This document shows, in pieces, positions 16,669 through 26,290 of a DNA stretch of 39,546 nt. Within the stretch, counting starts at the first letter, position 1. Each line of letters opens with the position of its first letter. A program made the position numbers and the translations under genes. The notes beneath the pieces are model-generated. The model was not told the DNA's origin and did not search any database. It saw nothing but the letters and a program-made list of their open reading frames with translations. Origin of the DNA: Verrucomicrobiota bacterium (GTDB lineage: Bacteria; Verrucomicrobiota; Verrucomicrobiia; Limisphaerales; JADLHS01); assembly GCA_035327385.1 (NCBI GenBank), contig DAOLDN010000002.1, positions 1-39,546 of the forward strand, written 5' to 3'.

Positions 16669-17607
16669 ATGCTCGAAGACCGTGATTACATGAGGGAGTC
16701 GTATGGCGGCGGTCACTGGTATGACCGGCTGCCCGCCGCGTTGTGGCTGGTGATCGTCAACGTGGCGTTTTTTGCGGCGCAGTTGATTCTTCCGATTGCC
16801 ACCCGGTCTTCCGGTTCGCATGGAGTCTTTCTTGAGGATTATCTGGCGCTTCAACCCTTGGATTTGATCCATGGCAAGGTTTGGCAGTTGATCACGTTCC
16901 AGTTCCTTCACGGCGGACTGTTCCACCTGGTGATCAATTGCGCCATGCTCTACATCTTTGGCAAGCCCGTTGAAACCGCCTTGGGACGCGCCCATTTCCT
17001 GAAGCTGTATTTCAGCAGCGGCGTCGTGGGCGGCGTGCTGCAGGTGCTGCTGTCGTTTCTGTTCAAGGAACATTTCGGATTTCGTGAAGGCGCGGGCTGG
17101 CCGTCCGTGGTGGGCGCTTCGGCCGGTGTGTTCGGGTTGATCGCCGCGTTCGCCACGCTCTACCGGGAGCAGTCCATTACCATGCTCATTGCGTTCATCA
17201 TACCGGTGAGCATGAAGGCGAAGTATCTGCTCGTGGCGGAATTCGTCCTATGCATCCTGGGATTGTTGGACGCGGGAAGCGGCATTGCGCACGGAGCGCA
17301 CCTGGGCGGGCTGTTGATGGGCATTTTCTACGTCAAACATGTCATCCACTGGCACTGGCACTGGCCGCCGAGTTTCAAGCGTCCGGAACGCCCCGTGCCG
17401 CCGCGCGAACTGGTCAACGTCAACGCCAGGACTCAACGCTGGCAAAAGCCGCGGCCCGGCCCGGCTGAACCGCTCTCAACGGACGAATTCCTGAGCCGCG
17501 AAGTGGACCCGATTCTCGAAAAGATTTCCGCCCACGGCATTCACAGTCTCACCGATCAAGAACGCAGAATCTTGGACGCCGCGCGCAAGAAAATGGAGAA
17601 ACGTTAA
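16669..17607 (+). CDS. Rhomboid-family intramembrane serine protease with a C-terminal soluble extension
   Basis: HGGLFHLVINC, GASAGVFGL (catalytic Ser) and AHGAHLGG (catalytic His). The start is set at the ATG at 16669; the track start is a TTG at 16633. Confidence 0.85.
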   Translation: MLEDRDYMRESYGGGHWYDRLPAALWLVIVNVAFFAAQLILPIATRSSGSHGVFLEDYLALQPLDLIHGKVWQLITFQFLHGGLFHLVINCAMLYIFGKPVETALGRAHFLKLYFSSGVVGGVLQVLLSFLFKEHFGFREGAGWPSVVGASAGVFGLIAAFATLYREQSITMLIAFIIPVSMKAKYLLVAEFVLCILGLLDAGSGIAHGAHLGGLLMGIFYVKHVIHWHWHWPPSFKRPERPVPPRELVNVNARTQRWQKPRPGPAEPLSTDEFLSREVDPILEKISAHGIHSLTDQERRILDAARKKMEKR

Positions 17608-17890
17608 CGTGCAGCGGGACACTTGTCCCGTTCGTGGGCTGCGCAACGTTCGTTAAACCGCTCAATCGGGGAAAGCGCTCGCCGAATACTGATTCACGCT
17701 TTGAACCCCGGAACCACGGAGTGTCTCCGCTCCCGGTCCCGCAAGTGTGAGCCGCTCTTTTCTCCATTCGGAATACAGGAGAACGGTGAGATTGCTCGCA
17801 AATGAAATCCGCGCTTCACCACGATGAACTGGCGGCGAACAGGAGCGCAGCCACGGTCGGCGGCGGCACGAGACATGCAGCGTTTTTTTC

Positions 17891-18343
17891 ATGGTGAAGT
17901 TGTCTCCGCTTTCCAAGGTAACGTTGTATCAGAGCGTGGGGTTCATTGTGATCATCACCCTCATCATGCTGGATGAACTCGTGGCCCTGCCGTCGTTGAT
18001 CTTTGGTGATCGTCCGTTCATCGTGAATTTTCAGGAATCCACCCTCAAGATGCTGTTGATTCTTGGCGTCTGGTTTCTCGTCGCCAGATCCACCCGGCGG
18101 ATTCTGGCCCGTGTGCGGCAACTGGAGCGGTTCATGCGAATCTGCGCCTGGTGTCATCAAATTGATTTCGACGGCGAATGGATTCCCCTCGAGGAATTAT
18201 TGCGGAAGGGATTTGACACCCGCGCGACGCACGGCATTTGTCCAACGTGTTTCGAGAGGGAACAACGGGGCATCAAGGGCGAACCGGACTGCATGCTGGA
18301 AGCATCATCCACGCGATTGGCTTCCCATCAACAAAGCGCGTGA
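17891..18343 (+). CDS. Hypothetical membrane protein with a C-terminal CxxC...CxxC zinc-ribbon-like module
   Basis: Two predicted TM helices, then CAWCHQIDFDGEWIPLEELLRKGFDTRATHGICPTCF. Confidence 0.5.
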   Translation: MVKLSPLSKVTLYQSVGFIVIITLIMLDELVALPSLIFGDRPFIVNFQESTLKMLLILGVWFLVARSTRRILARVRQLERFMRICAWCHQIDFDGEWIPLEELLRKGFDTRATHGICPTCFEREQRGIKGEPDCMLEASSTRLASHQQSA

Positions 18344-18376
18344 AAAGGCTGCGGGCGGCGCGGTCGCTTCAGCGGA

Positions 18377-19258
18377 TCACCGGACGTTCGGATCAAACCG
18401 CCCGTTCCACCAGGCATTGTTGACGCCGCCAAGCTTCGAACCGTCCAGTTCGTCCGGTTTCAACGCTTCGGCATGGCCATCCACCATCGCCAGATTGACA
18501 CGACCGTTGTTGCGGTCGGACGGTGTCGCACGATGCGCGTCCGAGCCGTCGTTGCCGCCTTCGTAATACGCGTTGCCGGATCCCGGCGATGCGCTGCTTT
18601 TGCGGCTGCCTTGTGAACCGAGCGATTGCGACCCGAGTGGCGGGTCAATCACATACACGCCGGAGCCATTCACTCCGTACGGCTGGGTGGCTGAGCCTTG
18701 TCGTGCGCCCTTCGTGTCGCCAAGCACCACCGTGTTTGCGGGCGACATCACCGACGCGTCCGTGGCATGAAACGGCCGAATCCCACCCGGCACGCGCGTG
18801 TTGCCAAGGTACTGGTAATTGAAACCATAGCCGCCGTAGTATTTCGTCAAGCCGGGCGTTTCCACGCCGCCGGGCGCGGTGTGCGCGAAAGGCTTGTTCA
18901 TGTTCGCACTTTCATCAGGCCGCAGATTCGGGCTGAGATAGACCTCCATGTTTTGCATGTTCGGATAAATCAGATCCGCCCAGCGGATGCGCGCTTCACC
19001 TGCCACTGCCGGCAACGAGTGCCCGGGAAATCGGCTGTTGGAATCGTTCCGATAGAGCACCATGCCCAACCCGAGCTGGCGGAGGTTGCTGAGGCTTTTC
19101 ACGGACTTTGCCCGAACCTGCGCCTTCGACAGCGCCGGCAGCAACATGCCCGCAAGGATGGCGATGATGGCAATGACGACGAGCAGTTCGATGAGCGTGA
19201 ACCCACCGTGCTTTCCGCGTTGCGCAATCTTACGGTCTTTCGAATCGTTCAAATTCAT
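18377..19258 (-). CDS. Prepilin-type N-terminal cleavage/methylation domain protein (type II pseudopilin-like, DUF1559/H-X9-DG-like)
   Basis: [32 protein letters not shown]-terminus and a C-terminal [12 protein letters not shown] motif. Confidence 0.88.
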   Translation of the reverse strand: MNLNDSKDRKIAQRGKHGGFTLIELLVVIAIIAILAGMLLPALSKAQVRAKSVKSLSNLRQLGLGMVLYRNDSNSRFPGHSLPAVAGEARIRWADLIYPNMQNMEVYLSPNLRPDESANMNKPFAHTAPGGVETPGLTKYYGGYGFNYQYLGNTRVPGGIRPFHATDASVMSPANTVVLGDTKGARQGSATQPYGVNGSGVYVIDPPLGSQSLGSQGSRKSSASPGSGNAYYEGGNDGSDAHRATPSDRNNGRVNLAMVDGHAEALKPDELDGSKLGGVNNAWWNGRFDPNVR

Positions 19259-19388
19259 GGTGGCAAGGATAAATGAACCATTCCGGGCACGCTGCCGGTG
19301 GATTGCGCTTTTTTGTCGGTGAGTTGCGCCCGGGTCGTAACGACGATTTAACGTTTTATCCCGGCAACCATTGAAATACCCTCACGCC

Positions 19389-20882
19389 ATGATTACGCGT
19401 TACTCGCGCCCCGAAATGCGGGCCATCTGGACCGACGAAAACAAACTCAAGGTCTGGTTGCAGATCGAACTCCTCGCCAGCGAAGCGCTGGTGAAGGAAG
19501 GCGTCGTGCCCGCGAGGGATTTCAAGAAGATCAAAGCCGGTTGCGACAAATGGTTCGCCGACCTGCCCGGCCTCGTCGCGCGGCAAAAGGAACTGGAAAA
19601 GACGCTCAACCACGACGTCATCGCTTTTACGACGGCGGTCGCCGAAGTGGTGGATTCGGGGAACACTGATTTGGGGAGCACACGCGCCTCGCGTGTGGCG
19701 GTTGACGCCCCGTCAACCGCACCGAGCGCGCCATCACGCGAGGATTCTACGCGCGGTGGCGCGCATTGTTCCGACTGCGAGGGGCAGCCGGATGCACGCG
19801 AGGCGCGCGCGCTCCCCAACGCCAGCCGCTGGTTTCATTTCGGCCTCACCAGCAGCGACGTGGGCGACACTTGTTACGCCGTCCAGATGATGCAGAGCGC
19901 CGACATCCTCATCGCCGACGTGAAGGCATTGCTGCCCGTCATCGCCCGGCGCGCGAAGGAACACAAGTTCACGCCGTGCATGGGCCGCAGTCACGGTATT
20001 CACGGCGAACCCACGACGTTCGGCCTGAAGATGGCGCTCATGTATGACGAATTCAAACGCGCGCTCCGGCGTTTGGAAAGCGTACGCGAAGTTGTCGGTG
20101 TCGGGAAAATCTCCGGCGCAGTGGGCACGAGCGCGCACTTGTCACCGCGCGTCGAGGCTTACGTCTGCAAAAAGCTGGGCATTCGTCCCGCGCCCATCGC
20201 CACGCAAGTCGTGCAGCGCGACATCCACGCCGAGTTCCAACTCGCGATGGCCCTCGTCGGCGCGAGCATCGAACGTTGGGCGGTGGAGTTTCGCCATTTG
20301 CAGCGCACCGAAGTGCTCGAAGCCGAAGAACCGTTCACCAAAGGCCAGAAAGGCAGCAGCGCCATGCCGCACAAGCGCAATCCCATCACGTGGGAACGCC
20401 TCACCGGCCTCGCGCGCGTGTTGCGCGGCAACGCGATGGCCTCGCTGGAAAACGTCGCTCTCTGGCACGAGCGCGACATCAGCCACAGCAGCGTCGAGCG
20501 CATCATTTTCCCGGACAGTTGCACACTGCTCGATTACATGTTCGGCCTGCTCACGCGCCTGATGGATGGCATCGTCGTCTATCCGGCGAACATGAAGAAG
20601 AACCTCGGCCTCTCGCTCGGCATGTGGAACAGCCAGACCGTCCTGCTCGCGCTCATCAAGAAGGGCCTCACCCGCGAAGCCGCCTACAAACTCGTACAAG
20701 ACGCCGCCATGGAAACGTGGGCCGTCAAACACGCCGGCCGCGACGACGCGGATTTCCTGGAAGTGCTCAAAGCTACGCCCGAGGTAGCGAAACACTTTGC
20801 GAAAGGTGAACTGGAGAAACTCTGCTCGCTGGAGTTCCACTTCAAAGAGGTGAACAATAGATTCAAGAAACTGGGGTTGTAG
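19389..20882 (+). CDS. purB: Adenylosuccinate lyase carrying an in-frame insertion of about 50 aa
   Basis: MITRYSRPEM..., GLTSSDV, the signature GSSAMPHKRNP and WHERDISHSS. The start is at the ATG at 19389. Confidence 0.93.
   Translation: MITRYSRPEMRAIWTDENKLKVWLQIELLASEALVKEGVVPARDFKKIKAGCDKWFADLPGLVARQKELEKTLNHDVIAFTTAVAEVVDSGNTDLGSTRASRVAVDAPSTAPSAPSREDSTRGGAHCSDCEGQPDAREARALPNASRWFHFGLTSSDVGDTCYAVQMMQSADILIADVKALLPVIARRAKEHKFTPCMGRSHGIHGEPTTFGLKMALMYDEFKRALRRLESVREVVGVGKISGAVGTSAHLSPRVEAYVCKKLGIRPAPIATQVVQRDIHAEFQLAMALVGASIERWAVEFRHLQRTEVLEAEEPFTKGQKGSSAMPHKRNPITWERLTGLARVLRGNAMASLENVALWHERDISHSSVERIIFPDSCTLLDYMFGLLTRLMDGIVVYPANMKKNLGLSLGMWNSQTVLLALIKKGLTREAAYKLVQDAAMETWAVKHAGRDDADFLEVLKATPEVAKHFAKGELEKLCSLEFHFKEVNNRFKKLGL
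19673..19817. repeat. 145-bp MITE-like element with terminal inverted repeats, inserted in frame in purB
   Basis: GGGGAGCACACGCGCCTCGCGTG...CACGCGAGGCGCGCGCGCTCCCC with an internal GTTGAC-N5-GTCAAC hairpin. By hand alignment it is about 80 % identical to the element at 30129-30278. Confidence 0.85.
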
Positions 20883-20884
20883 CT

Positions 20885-21532
20885 ATGCCAGAAGATAGGA
20901 CCAAGAAGACCAAAGCGACGAAGAAGGCTGGCGCAAGCCATTTGTCCTCGGCGTCTTCTCCGTCCTATCCGCAAGGCTTCATTCCGCCGCACGGCGGCTA
21001 TAACAATCTGCTGGGATACCGCAAGTCTCAGATCATCTATGATGCCACGGTTCGCTTTTGCGACCGCTTCATAGACAAGAAATCCCGCACGCACGACCAG
21101 ATGGTCCAGGCCGCGCGCAGCGGCAACAAGAACATCGCCGAAGGCAGCCAGATTTCCGGCACTTCCAAAGAAAGTGAGATCAAGCTCACCGGGGTGGCAC
21201 GCGGCAGCTTGGAAGAACTATTGGGCGACTATCAAGATTACCTCCGCCAACGCGGCCATACCCTCTGGGACAAAAACAGTCGCGAGGCACTGTTTGTCCG
21301 CAAACTCGGCGCGCGAAATGATGAGTCCTACGAGTCCTATCGGTCTTTTATAGAAACCCGCCCCGCTGAAACCGTGGCGAACATCCTCATCTGCCTGATT
21401 CATCAAGCCAACTACCTGCTCGACCAACAACTCCGGCAACTCGAACAAGAATTCCTCCAAGCCGGCGGCCTGCGCGAACGCATGACCCGTGCCCGCCTGG
21501 CTGCTCGCGCCAAAGCGCCCATCCGCGAATGA
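20885..21532 (+). CDS. Four-helix-bundle protein (23S rRNA intervening-sequence-protein-like) with a C-terminal extension
   Basis: YRKSQIIYDATVRFC...QMVQAARSGNKNIAEG...ARGSLEELLGDYQDYL, typical of this family. It starts 2 nt after the purB stop. Confidence 0.8.
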   Translation: MPEDRTKKTKATKKAGASHLSSASSPSYPQGFIPPHGGYNNLLGYRKSQIIYDATVRFCDRFIDKKSRTHDQMVQAARSGNKNIAEGSQISGTSKESEIKLTGVARGSLEELLGDYQDYLRQRGHTLWDKNSREALFVRKLGARNDESYESYRSFIETRPAETVANILICLIHQANYLLDQQLRQLEQEFLQAGGLRERMTRARLAARAKAPIRE

Positions 21533-21905
21533 AGACCAAGACTATAGAAAAAGATTGGTGCGCCTGGCAACGGAAGGCGGAAGCTGAACCCGATCTCTCA
21601 AAACGGGAATCCGCATGGCCGGTGTTCCGCAAACTCTTTTCCCTTCCCAGCAAGGTGAACTTTGACCTGCCCGGGGATCTGGTCACTGAGGACGGTTCAA
21701 TCCTCCTGGCGATGGTGGCTGGCAGCCGGCGCGACGAACTGCGCGCGATGAGGATTTCTCCGCATCCGAAGCGATTGACGATTTCGACGACGAGAACATC
21801 ATTGCCGACTCGACACAGCCCTACATCGCGCCGCCTAAAGTGGGCCGCAACGAGCCTTGCCCGTGCGGCAGCGGGAAGAAATATAAGAAGTGTTGTGGAG
21901 GATAA
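21529..21905 (+). pseudogene. SEC-C motif protein with an interrupted reading frame
   Basis: The ATG at 21529 overlaps the upstream stop (ATGA). Frame 1 looks protein-like up to about ...SRRDELRA. The acidic tail and the SEC-C metal-binding motif ([16 protein letters not shown]...[20 protein letters not shown], stop at 21903-21905) lie in the -1 frame, which is open from 21690. Confidence 0.65.
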
Positions 21906-21911
21906 ATCGTC

Positions 21912-22619
21912 GTGAACCCCTCGCCGCCCCCATCCAAAGAAACTGCACCGGGCCGATCAAACGACATCGTGGTCTTCATGGTGCGGCGCAACACCAAATG
22001 CGCCGAGTGCGGGCGCGAGTTGTGCGACGGCAACCTGCTGCGTCTGGAAAACGATCGCCCGTTATGCCTGGACTGCGCAGACCTCGGGCATCTGGAATTT
22101 CTTGCCTCCGGCAACACCGCATTGACGCGGCGCGCCACCAAACATTCGCCGTTGCGCGCCGTGGTGGTGCAATGGGCGCGGGCGCGGAAGCGTTACGAGC
22201 GGCAAGGTATCCTGGTCACGCCGGAAGCCATTGATCGTGCCGAGACAGAATGCCTGGCCGACGAGGAGCAACGCGCCCGGCAACGCGAACGCGCGGCGGA
22301 ACGACGGCAAGCTGCGGATCACGAATATGAGATGCACGTCGCGGAAAAGTTGCGGACTTTGTTCCCGGGTTGCCCGGCAGATGAAGCCGCGCGCATCGCC
22401 GCCTGGACGTGCCGGAAACATTCCGGTCGCGTCGGCCGTTCGGCTGCGGCAAAAGAATTCGATCCGCAGGCACTGCGGCTGGCCGTCATTGCGCACATCC
22501 GCCACGAACACACGCGCTATGATGAGTTGCTGATGAAGCATGGCGACCGGCAATTGGCTCGAGCTGAAGTGCGGAGCGAGATTGACCGGATGCTGGCGCG
22601 CTGGGAAATCTGCCGCTGA
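21912..22619 (+). CDS. DUF2293-like protein (N-terminal CxxC...CxxC, C-terminal HIRHEHTRYDELL)
   Basis: The C-terminal RH.HT.YD.LL motif matches my memory of DUF2293. The start is either the GTG at 21912 or the ATG at 21978. Confidence 0.7.
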   Translation: MNPSPPPSKETAPGRSNDIVVFMVRRNTKCAECGRELCDGNLLRLENDRPLCLDCADLGHLEFLASGNTALTRRATKHSPLRAVVVQWARARKRYERQGILVTPEAIDRAETECLADEEQRARQRERAAERRQAADHEYEMHVAEKLRTLFPGCPADEAARIAAWTCRKHSGRVGRSAAAKEFDPQALRLAVIAHIRHEHTRYDELLMKHGDRQLARAEVRSEIDRMLARWEICR

Positions 22620-22751
22620 CAATAGCGCCACCCGACTCATTTTTCATGTGTTGCAACAATTTGATTTTGAACGAATTAACAAACTTTTATCGTATATGCG
22701 ACAAAAGTTCGTCCAGTGCAAATCGGAGATGGCAAACGCAGAGTCAGGTGC

Positions 22752-23357
22752 CTATTGCTCCGCTGTGGGCAACAATCGGTCGCGGTCGTAGGGCGGCTTT
22801 TCCTTGGGCGGCATTTCGAAGTCGGGGAAATCTTTCAGCCACTGGTCCCGGTCTGCATCGCTGGTGTAGTAGCGCAGCGAAAGGATGATGTCTTCCTCAC
22901 TGCAACCGCCGAGCACATCAAGATGACAGTTGCCGAATGGCAAACCGAACCCCATCAATTCCTCGCGCAACGCGTCGGTCACAAGCCAGGTGTAGAGTTC
23001 GCGATCGCTCAGGTGATTGGTGCTGTGCAGGAACAGGCGACGTTTTCCGAGTTCGTGGATGAGTTCCCAGAGTTTGGCGGAGAGCGTGGCGTCATCGAGT
23101 TTCTCGGACGGCGGAAGTTCCAAGCCCGCTTGCACCAGCGTGTCAAAGGGACAAACGAAGCCGTGCGTTTCCAGCGCGAGGACATGCTCCAGAAATGCCT
23201 CCTGAACCCTGGGATCACAGTCGGCACTCTGGCCGCTGAACATCTCACCACCAGCGACTTCATCAATTTCGCGGCGGAGTTTTTCAATGCGGATTTCGCG
23301 ATCCACATTTTCGAGGCCAAGCGGATCGTTCTCGGGCGGTTCAGGTGTGGAAGGCAT
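22752..23357 (-). CDS. Hypothetical protein
   Basis: A clean 201-aa ORF convergent with the DUF2293 gene. No recognisable motifs. Confidence 0.6.
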   Translation of the reverse strand: MPSTPEPPENDPLGLENVDREIRIEKLRREIDEVAGGEMFSGQSADCDPRVQEAFLEHVLALETHGFVCPFDTLVQAGLELPPSEKLDDATLSAKLWELIHELGKRRLFLHSTNHLSDRELYTWLVTDALREELMGFGLPFGNCHLDVLGGCSEEDIILSLRYYTSDADRDQWLKDFPDFEMPPKEKPPYDRDRLLPTAEQ

Positions 23358-23480
23358 GCCGTGACGATAGTCAATCCACGTGGGACGGCCAGTGTTTTCA
23401 GGCGGGACAATCCGCAGTGGAGTTTGAGACTTTCATTCCCGCGAGTGATTGATTAAAAGTGGCGCAGTCAAAAGCCGTCC

Positions 23481-24086
23481 ATGACCACCGCCAACAAAGT
23501 CACCATCCTGCGAATCCTGTTGATTCCATTTTTCGTGGTGGAGGTGCTCTATTACGTCAAAAGCGGCAATGAACTGCACCGGGCAGCGGCATTGGTGACA
23601 TTCGCAGTGGCGGCGATCTGCGACGGTGTGGACGGTTACATTGCGCGCCGCTACAACCAGTTCAGCGAACTGGGTGCCATGCTCGATCCGCTCGCGGACA
23701 AATTGCTGCTGGTCTCGGCCGTGATTCTGTTGAGCTTCGATCACGGAGAAACCATCGGTCAAATCCCGTTGTGGCTGACGGGAACAATCATCGGGCGCGA
23801 CATCCTGTTGCTGCTCGGCCTGGGGGTCATCTACATGACCGTGGGCAAGGTGAAGGTGCGCCCGCGAATGATCGGCAAGCTGGCCACGGTGTTGCAGATG
23901 GTGTCGGTGCTTTGGATTTTGCTGCTCTGGGACAGGACGCTCAATCCCGTGTGGATACAGGTCTGGACGGTGGGGGCAGCGTTCTGCACCGGGGCCTCGG
24001 GACTGTTGTATGTCTGGGACGGAGTCAGGCAACTGAGTTCCAGCCCACACAGTTTCGCGAGCAACCGTCCACCGGACAACAAGTGA
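23481..24086 (+). CDS. pgsA: CDP-alcohol phosphatidyltransferase (PgsA-like)
   Basis: The D-G-x2-A-R-x8-G-x3-D-x3-D motif: DGVDGYIARRYNQFSELGAMLDPLADK. Confidence 0.85.
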   Translation: MTTANKVTILRILLIPFFVVEVLYYVKSGNELHRAAALVTFAVAAICDGVDGYIARRYNQFSELGAMLDPLADKLLLVSAVILLSFDHGETIGQIPLWLTGTIIGRDILLLLGLGVIYMTVGKVKVRPRMIGKLATVLQMVSVLWILLLWDRTLNPVWIQVWTVGAAFCTGASGLLYVWDGVRQLSSSPHSFASNRPPDNK

Positions 24087-24169
24087 GGCGCATTCCGAGT
24101 TCCGCATTGGGGATGATTGCACGGGATTTGCGTTGAATGAAAACGACACTATCCTTCCGGCACTGAATC

Positions 24170-24643
24170 ATGGCCACTGAATTGAAACTCAAACTGAAGG
24201 AAGGCGACAAAGCGCCTGCATTCAAAGCCCCGACCAGCGGCGGCGGCACGCTTTCGCTCGCAGATCTCAAAGGAAAAAACGTCATCCTGTATTTCTATCC
24301 CAAGGACGACACCCCCGGCTGCACCAAGGAAGCGTGCGCGTTTCGCGACCATTTCGGGACATTCAAAAAGAAGGGCGCAATCGTCCTCGGTGTCAGCACC
24401 GACCCGGTCAAGTCGCATGACAAATTCGTGCAAAAGTTCAACCTGCCGTTCACGTTGCTGGCAGACGAGGACAGGAAGATCGTGGAAGCCTTCGGCGTCT
24501 GGGGACAAAAGTCATTCATGGGACGCAAATACATGGGCACACACCGTGTGACATTTCTCATCGGCCCGGACGGGACGATCAAAAAGATCTGGCCAACGGT
24601 CAAACCGGAGGAACACGCGGAGCAGGTGCTGGCGGCGTTGTGA
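24170..24643 (+). CDS. bcp: Thioredoxin-dependent peroxiredoxin Bcp
   Basis: ILYFYPKDDTPGCTKEACAFRD, the peroxidatic Cys motif. 157 aa. Confidence 0.92.
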   Translation: MATELKLKLKEGDKAPAFKAPTSGGGTLSLADLKGKNVILYFYPKDDTPGCTKEACAFRDHFGTFKKKGAIVLGVSTDPVKSHDKFVQKFNLPFTLLADEDRKIVEAFGVWGQKSFMGRKYMGTHRVTFLIGPDGTIKKIWPTVKPEEHAEQVLAAL

Positions 24644-24741
24644 CACGCGTCATGGGACTTCAGCCGGGAGGCTGTGCGAGGGCATGCCAACATGACATTG
24701 CGGGCCGGGGCCGGTTCGTTTAGTTTCGCCTCGTGACGTGG

Positions 24742-25470
24742 ATGAAAAGAACAGCGGGCGTGTTTCTGGCCATATTCTGCATGGTCGCCCTGTGTGGCTG
24801 CTTCCCGGCCGGTTCGCGAGGACAGGACGAGGAAAAGGAGGCTCACTTCCTGGTCGGCAAGAGCCGCGTCAACGCCATGGACTTCAAGGGCGCAATCGAA
24901 TCCTTCCAACGCGCGCTGGAGGTCAACCCGCGTTCGGCGGCGGCGCACCTCGAACTGGGAATGTTGCTCGCCAAACGGGAATCCGACCCCGCAGCGGCCA
25001 TTTATCATTACCAACAATACCTCAGACTGCGACCGGGCGCGGACAATGCCGGACTCGTCAGCCAGCAGATTCAGGTGCTCAAGCAGGACCTCGCCAAAAA
25101 CGTGCTGCCGCCCGCGCTCACGCCGGAATTGCAGCGGCGTTACGAACAGTTGGCCGACGAGAACCAGCGGTTGAAGGAGGAGGTTGAAAAATGGCGCGCC
25201 TATTACGCCAGAACTGCGACTTCCGGACCGGATACGCTTCCGCACGTCGCGCCTGATCGCACGGCGCAGGCAACGCCGTCCCCAACGCCAACGCCAACAC
25301 CCGCGCCTCAGCCGACAACCCAGCGCACACACAAGGTTCAATCCGGCGACACTCCATCGTCCATCGCGCGGAAGTACGGCGTGAAGCTCGACGCGTTGAT
25401 GGCGGCCAACCCGGGTTTGAATCCCACCCGGATGCAGGTGGGGCAGACGATCAACGTGCCGGTCCAGTGA
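24742..25470 (+). CDS. Lipoprotein with TPR, coiled-coil, Pro/Thr linker and a C-terminal LysM domain
   Basis: Lipobox VALCGC, TPR-like AIESFQRALEVNPRSAAAHLELG, and LysM HKVQSGDTPSSIARKYGV...GQTINVP. Confidence 0.8.
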   Translation: MKRTAGVFLAIFCMVALCGCFPAGSRGQDEEKEAHFLVGKSRVNAMDFKGAIESFQRALEVNPRSAAAHLELGMLLAKRESDPAAAIYHYQQYLRLRPGADNAGLVSQQIQVLKQDLAKNVLPPALTPELQRRYEQLADENQRLKEEVEKWRAYYARTATSGPDTLPHVAPDRTAQATPSPTPTPTPAPQPTTQRTHKVQSGDTPSSIARKYGVKLDALMAANPGLNPTRMQVGQTINVPVQ

Positions 25471-25479
25471 CTTCACACC

Positions 25480-26280
25480 ATGTTGAACCGCGTCATCCTG
25501 GTCCTGCTGGCCGTTTTCTGGCTGGGAATGAACTTTCTGCTGTGGCGCGCAGAATACGGCGACAGTTCCGCCCTCAGCAGTCCCGTGCCGCCCGAAGTCG
25601 TCTGGGACAAAATCCGCAACTCGCCCGATTACTCCACACTGGCCATTCTCCATCGGGGCAAACGCATCGGACAATGCAGCCTGCAAACCAGCGTCAGCGA
25701 CGAGTTTTCAGGCATGGACGAGGCTCCCCGTCAGGGTGTCAAAACCGGCAACCGCGTGCGACTGGAAGGCTCCATTTCCATTCCCGAACGTCGCGGACGG
25801 CTGCGGTTTGAATCCGAACTTTTGCTCGACGGCAAAACCGAATGGGATCGATTCAAACTGCGCGTCGCGCGGCGCGCTTCATCCGTCGAAGTCGAATCCG
25901 ACGCCGCAAACCGGAATGTTCGCGTCAACGTCTCCGATGACGGAACGGACATCCAACACACCTTCACGTTTGCCGAATTGAAGAATCCGATGGCGCTGCT
26001 TGACCGTTTTTTGGATCCGGTTACATCCGGCATGCTTTCCGGCCTTGAGCCAACCCTCCTGTCAACGGAGTTGACGGTCACCGACCAACCGTTGATCGTC
26101 TGGCAGGCACGCAACGACACACTGACCATCGGCCATGAAGCCGTGCGCGTTTATCGTCTCCAGACCCGGTTGATGGACCGCTTCAACGTCGTCATTTACG
26201 TGAGCCGCGCCGGCGAGATTCTCAGGGCCGAGCTCCCACACGGCATCATCCTCGTTCACGAGAAAATCGGTGCCAGTTGA
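25480..26280 (+). CDS. Hypothetical membrane-anchored protein
   Basis: N-terminal TM helix MLNRVILVLLAVFWLGMNFLLW. Its stop overlaps the extended ORF of the downstream ABC ATPase. Confidence 0.55.
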   Translation: MLNRVILVLLAVFWLGMNFLLWRAEYGDSSALSSPVPPEVVWDKIRNSPDYSTLAILHRGKRIGQCSLQTSVSDEFSGMDEAPRQGVKTGNRVRLEGSISIPERRGRLRFESELLLDGKTEWDRFKLRVARRASSVEVESDAANRNVRVNVSDDGTDIQHTFTFAELKNPMALLDRFLDPVTSGMLSGLEPTLLSTELTVTDQPLIVWQARNDTLTIGHEAVRVYRLQTRLMDRFNVVIYVSRAGEILRAELPHGIILVHEKIGAS

Positions 26281-26290
26281 ACCGTCACGC

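Noticed and set aside
17608-17890. The 283-bp spacer after the rhomboid gene as a riboswitch or ncRNA.
   Set aside because: It contains only a short hairpin (CGGGACA-ctt-GTCCCG) and a T-run before the next ATG. I recognise no conserved riboswitch core.
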